Source: an uncultured archaeon (GTDB lineage Archaea; Asgardarchaeota; Lokiarchaeia; Sigyniarchaeales; SOKP01). From it: DNA of 14,451 nucleotides. Position numbers and translations under genes: made by a program. The DNA is taken from positions 1 through 14,451 of the forward strand of contig CAYLZE010000122.1 in NCBI GenBank assembly GCA_964388035.1, written 5' to 3'. This document shows positions 7,793-14,451 of the stretch, piece by piece (the stretch's first letter is position 1; each line of letters begins with the position of its first letter). The notes below the pieces were generated by a model that was not told the origin of the DNA, made no database searches, and saw only the letters and a program-made list of their open reading frames with translations.

Positions 7793-8908
7793 ATGAAAAT
7801 TAACGAATTCAAACTCGAGGAATTCTTTGCTAAATACGAGTTTTCGGTAAAATATGTGTTATGTGCCTCTGATTGTGAATCTTTCTCTATTGAAGAATTA
7901 CTTTCACTGGAACGTGATGGGGAAGAGAATTTTAAAAGGTTAAGGTTAGGTTATACAGAAACTCAAGGACATCCCGAATTAAGAGAAGAAATTAGTAAAT
8001 TATACGACGATATTAATAAAGAGGAAGTTCTAGTTTTTTCAGGAGCAGAAGAGGGAATTTTTATTTTTTTCAATACTTTTCTCTCAAAAGGAGACCACGT
8101 GATTGTCCAATTTCCTGCATATCAATCGCTATTCGAAATTGCTAATTCTCTCGGATGTGAAGTTACAAAATGGGAAATGAACGAGGAAAACAAGTGGGAT
8201 CTGGATATTAACTTTTTAGTTTCCAGCATAAAGAAAAATACCAAAGTAATCGTCATTAATTCTCCTCATAATCCCACAGGATCCCTTTTCTCAAAAATGA
8301 AAAATCAAGAAATAATTAAGATTGCTCTTGAGAATGATATTCGTGTTTTCTCGGATGAAGTATATAGATTCTCCGAGCATGATGAAAAGGATAGGTTGAA
8401 AGGAGCTTGCGATTTCTCCCCAAAATGTCTCTCTTTAGGGGTAATGTCAAAATCTTTTGGATTACCGGGACTAAGAATTGGATGGATTGCTTCGAAAGAT
8501 GAAGCGCTCCTAAGGAAAATGGTTTCATTTAAAAACTATACTACAATATGCAATAGCGCACCAAGTGAATATCTTTCCATACTAGCTCTAAGAAATAAAG
8601 TTGTCATCTTAAAAAGAAACAGAAATATCATTTTAGAAAATCTCAAGGTATTGGACATCTTTTTTAAAAACCATGATGATATTTTTGAATGGATAAGGCC
8701 AAAAGCAGGACCTATAGCTTTTCCAAGACTCATTATCGAAGAGGATATCGAACAGTTCTGTTTAAATTTATTGAGAGAAAAAAGGGTATTATTAATGCCC
8801 GGCACGAATTTTGATTTTGGTATGAAACATTTTAGAATAGGATTTGGAAGAAAGAACATGCCTGAGGCTTTAAACCTATTTGATAACTATTTAAAAAGAT
8901 ATAATTAA
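7793..8908 (+). CDS. PLP-dependent fold-type I (class I/II) aminotransferase-like enzyme
   Basis: 'LGYTETQG..ELRE', 'NSPHNPTG', 'SDEVY', PLP-lysine motif 'SKSFGLPGLRIGW', 'HFRIGFG'. It starts 35 nt after the Fe-S gene, so the two are probably co-transcribed. Confidence 0.9.
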   Translation: MKINEFKLEEFFAKYEFSVKYVLCASDCESFSIEELLSLERDGEENFKRLRLGYTETQGHPELREEISKLYDDINKEEVLVFSGAEEGIFIFFNTFLSKGDHVIVQFPAYQSLFEIANSLGCEVTKWEMNEENKWDLDINFLVSSIKKNTKVIVINSPHNPTGSLFSKMKNQEIIKIALENDIRVFSDEVYRFSEHDEKDRLKGACDFSPKCLSLGVMSKSFGLPGLRIGWIASKDEALLRKMVSFKNYTTICNSAPSEYLSILALRNKVVILKRNRNIILENLKVLDIFFKNHDDIFEWIRPKAGPIAFPRLIIEEDIEQFCLNLLREKRVLLMPGTNFDFGMKHFRIGFGRKNMPEALNLFDNYLKRYN

Positions 8909-8919
8909 CACTTAAGTTA

Positions 8920-10392
8920 TTATCTATCCGGAACTACATCAGAGGGTTCCCAAAAAATATTATTAATTTTCAAGTTTTTGATGCGAGTTCTTAATTTTAA
9001 TGCAGATACCGCCTGAACGGTTTCTTTAATGCTATGAAATACGGGAATGCTACTCAACTCTAAGGATTCGATGATGAGGGCGTACTTTTCCACATATGGC
9101 ATGAAAGTCACAATTGGCTTCTTTTTATACGTAACTATATTTGCGATCCTCCTCCCAATTTGGAAGCTAATATTCGGGGGATACGGTAATAAAAGCAAAA
9201 TGATACATTCAATCCTTTCTATCTCCGATAAATATTGGACCATGCTTTCAATATCTCGATCCAGCACCGACCCCGTCAAATCAATAGGGTTGTTGAATGA
9301 AGCAATATCACGAGCAACTTCATTCAAAATCTCATACATTTCCTTTTTTTCTTTATCCGTGAACTTTACGGGAGTTAACCCGTACTTTTTTAACATGTCC
9401 GCACAAATGACACCATGACCCCCTGAAACGGATAAGATCACTACATTACCGTAGATGATTTCATTCTTGCCAAACGGCTGTTTTTTCTCCTTTTTGTAGG
9501 ATAACACATCATAGACCTTCAGAAAGGTAAGTAACTCTTGCTCTGAATGAGGGCGTATGATGTAATTTTGCTTCAAAGCAGCAAATAAAATTTTAGAATT
9601 ACCTGCTAAACTCGCGGTATGGGATTGAGTAGCAATGCGACCTTGATCAGTAATCCCGCCAAAAAATGTAATAATCATATCGTCGGATTCCTTGGCAAGT
9701 TGTAAAAACTTTCTTGCCTTATTCTCCTTAAATCCCTCCAAATAAAAGGCAATATTACTAGACTCCTTGTCAACCTTACTAAAATATTCTAAAAGCATGG
9801 ACTCATCTACCACGGCACGGTTCCCGATAGAAACTGCGGTAGAAACTCCAATATTTCGTTCTTTAAATTTTACGAAGAATTGATCGATGAGCACCCCTCC
9901 TGATTGGCTAATTAATGCAACACTTCCTTTAGGGGGACGAGTTATGCGCTCTGTAGGGAGAAAAATAGTATCAACTAGAGGAGGAGCATATACTCCAATA
10001 CAATTTGGACCCAGCACCGCAATATCATTATCAAAAGCTAAACGCTGAAGTTTCTCTTGTCTTTTAATACCTTCTCCTCCGATTTCGGCAAAACCGCCCC
10101 CAATAATCACGCAAGAGGGAATGTGTAAATCTACACACTGCTGAATATAATCTAACGTATCGTCAGCTCCCACTGCAATAACTAATAAATCTGGAATTTC
10201 CGATAGTTTATCCAAGCGTTCATATAAGGAGACTCCTTCAATTTCACCACCTTGAGGGTGAATTCCATATACTTTTACGTTCATCTCGAATTCATTTTTT
10301 AATAAAATGATTCTTCCAGGGCTAAGAGGATTGCTTCGAGAGACGCCTATGACCGCCATGATTTCAGGTTTGAATAATTTTTCTAAATTCAT
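8920..10392 (-). CDS. acdA: ADP-forming acyl-CoA synthetase, alpha subunit (CoA-binding and ligase domains, no ATP-grasp)
   Basis: 'LFKPEIMAVIGVS', 'GGFAE', 'GPNCIG', 'SQSGG', 'SIGNRA', 'YLEG', phospho-His loop 'QSHTASLAG', 'SGGHGV..AD', 'NPIDLTG'. 490 aa fits an alpha chain alone. Confidence 0.88.
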   Translation of the reverse strand: MNLEKLFKPEIMAVIGVSRSNPLSPGRIILLKNEFEMNVKVYGIHPQGGEIEGVSLYERLDKLSEIPDLLVIAVGADDTLDYIQQCVDLHIPSCVIIGGGFAEIGGEGIKRQEKLQRLAFDNDIAVLGPNCIGVYAPPLVDTIFLPTERITRPPKGSVALISQSGGVLIDQFFVKFKERNIGVSTAVSIGNRAVVDESMLLEYFSKVDKESSNIAFYLEGFKENKARKFLQLAKESDDMIITFFGGITDQGRIATQSHTASLAGNSKILFAALKQNYIIRPHSEQELLTFLKVYDVLSYKKEKKQPFGKNEIIYGNVVILSVSGGHGVICADMLKKYGLTPVKFTDKEKKEMYEILNEVARDIASFNNPIDLTGSVLDRDIESMVQYLSEIERIECIILLLLPYPPNISFQIGRRIANIVTYKKKPIVTFMPYVEKYALIIESLELSSIPVFHSIKETVQAVSALKLRTRIKNLKINNIFWEPSDVVPDR

Positions 10393-10704
10393 CTTTCTTA
10401 TTGTTATGGGTTATTTCAAGTTCATCTAACTTTCGAGAGCATTTCATTTCCGGATCTTTTGGTCCATGAGTATCGGGAAGGATACAGACTACATGATAAC
10501 CGGAAATTTATTTATTTTCTCCCTAATTATTAGAGATTCATCAAGAATTTGAGTATATTTTTTGGTCTTCTTTCTTTTCGGTACTTTTCCAATTCAATAT
10601 TTACTATACTCAAAATCATATTTCAATATTAAATTAAAGAAACCTTTAATTATTTAGTTTCAGTATTTAAGATATTAAAATGAAAAGGGGAAAGTAAAGA
10701 AGAG

Positions 10705-10860
10705 ATGAAAACAGTTATATAAGAAAACTATGAAGCCCCATATGTTCTTCATCTTAAAGAAATAGATAACCCACTACCCAGAGATGATGAAATCCTCATT
10801 AAAATACATGCTACCTCAAGTATATCAATTCCAGCAGGATTTTTTTTTTCTAAATATTAA
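10705..10860 (+). pseudogene. 5' remnant of an MDR-family (zinc-binding ADH / quinone oxidoreductase-like) gene
   Basis: Manual translation gives [37 protein letters not shown]. This follows the MDR N-terminal pattern MKA(I/V)xYxxYGxPxVLxLxE(V/I)xxPxPxxxE(V/I)L(I/V)K(V/I)xA. In-frame TAA at 10720-10722; resemblance ends near 10818. Confidence 0.8.
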
Positions 10861-10962
10861 TTGTAGATTTTAATTATAAAATCTAGCAATAAATCTTAAA
10901 TAATTACATTCTTATTATACTACTAATATAATACAATTTAAACAAAATAGAACCAAAAAAAA

Positions 10963-11943
10963 ATGAAAACAATTAAGAAAAAGGGTTTAATTTTCATTTC
11001 CTTGGCATTTTGTGTAGCTTTTTTTTTTATTACTCTAACATCTCCATCTTCAACTGCTTTATCAAAAAATTGTACGACCTTGACTCTTACTAGAAATAAT
11101 AAAATCTATTTTTGTGGGAATGAAGATTATAATCCTCAACACATGAGAATGTGGTTTTATCCAGCCACCGCGGATAAATACGGAACAATCCTTTATGGAT
11201 TCATGACATATGATGTTTTTAATCCCCTTGCGGGAATGAATGATCAAGGATTAGCTTGCGATGAAATGGCAGTGCCTTTTACTCCGGTCAAGAGAGATCC
11301 CAATAAAATTGATTATACTCAAACGCATTTATTTGTTAAAATTTTAGAAGAATGTGCCAATGTAAATGAAGTAATTCAATGGGTCAGCTCCTATAATCTG
11401 GTGACCTTTGAAATGAGTCCGGTTCAAGTACAATTTGCGGATATAACAGGAAATGCGGTTATATTAGGATTGGATTCAAATGGAGAGACTCATATCACTT
11501 ATAAGCAAGGAGACTATTTATTGGGAACGAATTTCAATGTTGCACAAGGAAGACAACCCGATTGGAGATATGATGCTGCTGAGAAAATATTAAAAGGAAG
11601 CAATAAAGCGTCAATTGAATATTGTACTTCGATTTTAGAAGCCACGGCTCAAGGAACTTCCTATAGTTGGTATACAAAATATTCCTACATTATTGATCTA
11701 AATACGGAGACCATTTATTTCTACTGGAATAGAGATTTTTCGCATTTTGCCATGGTGAATGTGAATGAGGAACTAGCTAAAGGAGTTCATTCTTACGATA
11801 TAGCAACTTATGTTTCACAACACGGGAATAAACCCTTCAATATGGCTCCAATAATATATGGCATCGTGATTCTTGGACTAACATTGATAGGATGTAGTTT
11901 GATATGGATGAAAAAAATAAGGCCTCAATTCAAGCACATATGA
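10963..11943 (+). CDS. Secreted, C-terminally membrane-anchored Ntn hydrolase (choloylglycine hydrolase / penicillin V acylase / C45-like)
   Basis: Basic plus hydrophobic signal peptide, nucleophile Cys37 in 'CTT', 'GNEDY', 'GMNDQGL', 'ADITG', 'TNF', and a C-terminal TM helix 'IIYGIVILGLTLIGCSLIW' followed by KK. Confidence 0.82.
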   Translation: MKTIKKKGLIFISLAFCVAFFFITLTSPSSTALSKNCTTLTLTRNNKIYFCGNEDYNPQHMRMWFYPATADKYGTILYGFMTYDVFNPLAGMNDQGLACDEMAVPFTPVKRDPNKIDYTQTHLFVKILEECANVNEVIQWVSSYNLVTFEMSPVQVQFADITGNAVILGLDSNGETHITYKQGDYLLGTNFNVAQGRQPDWRYDAAEKILKGSNKASIEYCTSILEATAQGTSYSWYTKYSYIIDLNTETIYFYWNRDFSHFAMVNVNEELAKGVHSYDIATYVSQHGNKPFNMAPIIYGIVILGLTLIGCSLIWMKKIRPQFKHI

Positions 11944-11993
11944 AGAAAAGGTTGTTTAATGTTATTAATTAAGAAATTTAGGTGAAATTTAAC

Positions 11994-12629
11994 ATGGAAG
12001 AACATCAAAAAAGCATAAAAGAGCAAGAGAAAAGAGATCAAGAAGGTAAATGCAATAATAAGAAGTTTATTGCTATTACTATAATATATATTGGATTGCT
12101 TATTGCATGTACAAGCTTTTTAAGAATACCATTTCGATTTAATACGGCAATCACTTATAGTATCGTGGTTCAAATGCATGTTGCTTCAATTTTAATTTTC
12201 TCTGCAGGAATAATGTACAAGCCATGGTCTGCATTTTTCATATGTGTTCTTGGCTCAGTCTTAGGAGAATTCCTTCAATGTTTAATGTTTGGATGTGGCG
12301 AAGAAATGCCTGCCTATCTAATGTACATGATATTATCCCCGGGATTGGCAGGCGGGATCATCTCCCTTGTAAAAGAAAAATTAAATCCAACCTTGAAAAA
12401 AGAGATTATTTCCCAATTGATTGGCGCCACATGGCAAATTTTCGGATTACTGCTGGGTGTTATTATTTGGTTAGCATTAATTTTGCAGTTCAGAAATGTT
12501 CTCGTCATTGTTTTTTATCCTTTATTGGCAACAATCTTTGATTTCTTTTTTATTCCGGTATCCATTCTCTTGAATGAAATAATCCGACGTGTTTTAAAAG
12601 TAAAGTACGTGAGTGATCTAGTAGAATAA
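11994..12629 (+). CDS. Integral membrane protein, ECF transporter S-component-like
   Basis: About 210 aa with 5-6 hydrophobic helices. 'LRIPF...HVASILIFSAGIMYKPWSAFFICVLGSVLGE' resembles the S-component helix 2-3 pattern. The ORF-track GTG at 11982 lies inside the SD GGTGA (11981-11985), so ATG 11994 is the likelier start. Confidence 0.6.
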   Translation: MEEHQKSIKEQEKRDQEGKCNNKKFIAITIIYIGLLIACTSFLRIPFRFNTAITYSIVVQMHVASILIFSAGIMYKPWSAFFICVLGSVLGEFLQCLMFGCGEEMPAYLMYMILSPGLAGGIISLVKEKLNPTLKKEIISQLIGATWQIFGLLLGVIIWLALILQFRNVLVIVFYPLLATIFDFFFIPVSILLNEIIRRVLKVKYVSDLVE

Positions 12630-12653
12630 TTTTCAAATTCTAAATTTGGTTTG

Positions 12654-12666
12654 TTTTTTTTTTTTT
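12654..12666 (+). terminator. T13 tract, archaeal-type intrinsic terminator
   Basis: 13 consecutive T starting 25 nt after the stop of the membrane-protein gene. Confidence 0.55.
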
Positions 12667-12768
12667 ATTATAGGACCTAAACCAATTGGCTATTCTTCAA
12701 ATCTTTTTTTAAAAGCTTAAATAGATTGCAAGTGAATTAATAATCATCCAATATTATAATCATGTTAG

Positions 12769-14451
12769 GTGATAATTATTAATTCAAAAAACTTCTTAGA
12801 GCAAATAACAGAAGAAACCGAGGAAGGGCAATATAAAAACATTGGCCGCTTGGTAAGAAAAGCGAAAAGAGAGAACTATTCGAAGGAAGATATCGTAAAA
12901 GCTCTTTCTGAAGGTATAAAAAGTGCTAGTGATCGCTACAAAACCAAGGGCATGTACCTTGATGATATTGTTAAAGCAGCGGCGGCATTTGAAGTGGGTG
13001 CTCAATCACTAGGACTCAATTTGGAGGAAAAAAAAAGACCCGAACAACGAGTTGTTATAGGGGTGATGGGAGGACCTTGGACTATTGGTTCGAGCATTGT
13101 TGCATCCAATTTACGGGCAAATGGTTTTGAAGTAATAGATGCTGGCTCCGATATCACTCCAGAAATGATTGCTAAAACTGCAGCACAGTCAGGAGCCCGC
13201 ATTGTAGCTTCAGCCATTTATTTAATGCAAACAGAGCCCGATGTCGCGAAATTAGAAGAAGAATTATGGAAAACTGGTATTCGTCATAAAGTTAAAACTA
13301 TTCTTAGTGGACCCGCAGGATCAAGAACTCTTGCTGAGAAATATAATGTGGATGCTTATATGGAAAATGTAAATGATCTTATAATCAAAGTAAAAGAATT
13401 TTCCGAAGAATTAAAAACAGAGATGACCCCTTATGAAAGGGTAATGACTTCCGTAAAGCATGAAGAACCGGATAGAGTACCTTTCATGCCTTTTGCTCAA
13501 ACTTTTTGTGCTAATTTTGCGGGAATCGCTTTTTCAGAATACGTGAGTAAAGCAGAGAAATTTTTAGAGGGTCAAATGAAAGCTTACAATGCTTTTGGCT
13601 GGGATGCGTTATGTTTTTCTTCAGATGTAGGAATGTATGCTGGTGCACTAGGAGCAAAAATAGCATTTCCTCATGATGATGTACCGCGTATCGTTGAGCC
13701 CCTTTTACATCATGACTCGGTCTATAAAGATTTCCAAAAGTTATCCCTTCCAGATCCCTGGAAAGCCGGTCGTTTAACAGAATCTATAAAAGCAATTGAA
13801 CTTGCCAAAAAAGAATTAAAAGGGGAGGTCCCCATAATTGGATGGATAGAAGGCCCCTTTCAGGGCGTTAGCTTGTTGGCCGGGGCTAATCACTTGATGC
13901 TTTTCTACGTTTTAGATCATCCCGATGAATTCAAAGAAATTCTCGATTGGTATGCTGATTTTCAAATCGAAATCGTTAAAGCCATGCATTCTGCTGGCGC
14001 AGATATCATTGGAGTGGGTGAAACTGCCGCCTATTTCATGTCACCCACCTTCTTTAAGCAATATTGTCTGGAACCCGAAAAAAGACTCTGTAAGGCCATA
14101 CGAGAATTAGGAATGATTCCGTTAATACATTGCTGTGGATATGTTCCTCAATGCATCCCTTTTGCTGAAGAAACTAATCCGGGAGGTGCCATTCAATTTG
14201 ATTATCAAGTAAATTTAACATGGGCAAAAAAAGAACTTAAAAAGAAGGTGACTATTATGGGAAACTTGAATTATAATAAGTTAACAAAAGCAACCGTCAA
14301 GGAAGTATATGAAGATTGCCAAGCGCATCTAAGGATTGCAGCAGAAGGAGGGGGATACTGGTTAGCTTTTGGATGTGAGATTCCACGCGAATTACCAATC
14401 GAGAACATGAGAACTATCATGCGAGCCACAAAAACGGTCGGTAAGTATTAA
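12769..14451 (+). CDS. Fusion of corrinoid-protein domains (helical cap plus B12-binding Rossmann, non-canonical ligand loop) with an MtaA/CmuA-type (URO-D fold) methyltransferase
   Basis: Cap 'DIVKALSEGI..ASDRYKTKGMYLDDIVKAA'. B12 domain 'VVIG...IG..IVASNLRANGFEVIDAGSDITPE'. The URO-D-fold domain starts at M219 'MTPYERV...EEPDRVP' (13423) and contains 'GRL', 'EGPF', the Zn motif H454-C-C456 and C536 ('FGCEIP'). Exact start uncertain (12769-12778). Confidence 0.88.
   Translation: MIIINSKNFLEQITEETEEGQYKNIGRLVRKAKRENYSKEDIVKALSEGIKSASDRYKTKGMYLDDIVKAAAAFEVGAQSLGLNLEEKKRPEQRVVIGVMGGPWTIGSSIVASNLRANGFEVIDAGSDITPEMIAKTAAQSGARIVASAIYLMQTEPDVAKLEEELWKTGIRHKVKTILSGPAGSRTLAEKYNVDAYMENVNDLIIKVKEFSEELKTEMTPYERVMTSVKHEEPDRVPFMPFAQTFCANFAGIAFSEYVSKAEKFLEGQMKAYNAFGWDALCFSSDVGMYAGALGAKIAFPHDDVPRIVEPLLHHDSVYKDFQKLSLPDPWKAGRLTESIKAIELAKKELKGEVPIIGWIEGPFQGVSLLAGANHLMLFYVLDHPDEFKEILDWYADFQIEIVKAMHSAGADIIGVGETAAYFMSPTFFKQYCLEPEKRLCKAIRELGMIPLIHCCGYVPQCIPFAEETNPGGAIQFDYQVNLTWAKKELKKKVTIMGNLNYNKLTKATVKEVYEDCQAHLRIAAEGGGYWLAFGCEIPRELPIENMRTIMRATKTVGKY

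Noticed and set aside
7793-8908. Capreomycidine synthase (VioD-like) or secondary-metabolite role
   Set aside because: It resembles that subgroup at the N-terminus, but there is no NRPS or arginine hydroxylase in the window and such proteins are widespread.
10530-10619. 29-codon minus-strand ORF MILSIVNIELEKYRKERRPKNILKFLMNL
   Set aside because: Too short, with no clear SD or motif; expected by chance in AT-rich DNA.
2281-11943. Selenocysteine or pyrrolysine read-through at the TGA/TAG stops of SDR-2, GH20 and the Ntn hydrolase, and at TAG 10491
   Set aside because: The three genes stop at natural family C-termini or after the TM anchor. The Ntn read-through frame closes within 14 codons and the frame past TAG 10491 within 15. 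I saw no convincing SECIS and no Pyl-type methyltransferase.
710-14110. Short alternative-frame and antisense ORFs in the track (710-892, 1311-1601, 2285-2521, 7421-7657, 8316-8528, 8536-8859, 9047-9418, 11062-11247, 12224-12541, 12314-12508, 12796-13005, 13002-13217, 13925-14110)
   Set aside because: All overlap well-supported genes and show no recognisable motifs; they look like shadow ORFs.
13423-14451. Annotation as hemE (uroporphyrinogen decarboxylase)
   Set aside because: It lacks the HemE N-terminal RQAGR motif, has the MT2 Zn motif HxC...C, and is fused to a corrinoid module.
1-14451. CRISPR array, tRNA/rRNA, cobalamin riboswitch, transposase or integrase
   Set aside because: No regularly spaced repeats or recombinase motifs were seen, and the spacers are short and AT-rich with no GC-rich structured segment. 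A covariance-model search (Infernal/Rfam) would be needed to exclude small RNAs formally.

Overview
AT-rich, gene-dense metabolic region with 12 intact CDSs. I found no RNA genes, CRISPR array or mobile element. GGTGA-type Shine-Dalgarno motifs, TTTAAA boxes, oligo-T tracts and the gene content suggest an anaerobic archaeon, plausibly Asgard (Loki/Hel-like); this is an inference. Left part: an M24-fold hydrolase with altered substrate residues, two convergent SDR dehydrogenases, a minus-strand kdgK > beta-keto-acid cleavage enzyme (BKACE/DUF849) > BDH2-like SDR unit, and a cytoplasmic GH20 hexosaminidase. Middle: a Cys-rich ferredoxin-domain protein, a class I/II PLP enzyme, a stand-alone ADP-forming acyl-CoA synthetase alpha subunit, and a 570-bp gap with decayed gene remnants. 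One remnant is a clear MDR oxidoreductase 5' fragment missed by the ORF track. Right part: a secreted, membrane-anchored Ntn hydrolase, an ECF S-component-like protein, and a corrinoid-domain/MtaA-type methyltransferase fusion. The best candidates for undescribed biology are (1) that fusion, where the cobalt-ligating His of DxHxxG is replaced by Trp while the Zn-thiol site is intact, and (2) the kdgK-BKACE-SDR unit, which suggests a non-canonical CoA-dependent sugar-acid cleavage route. All family calls come from motif recognition by eye, with no database searches.
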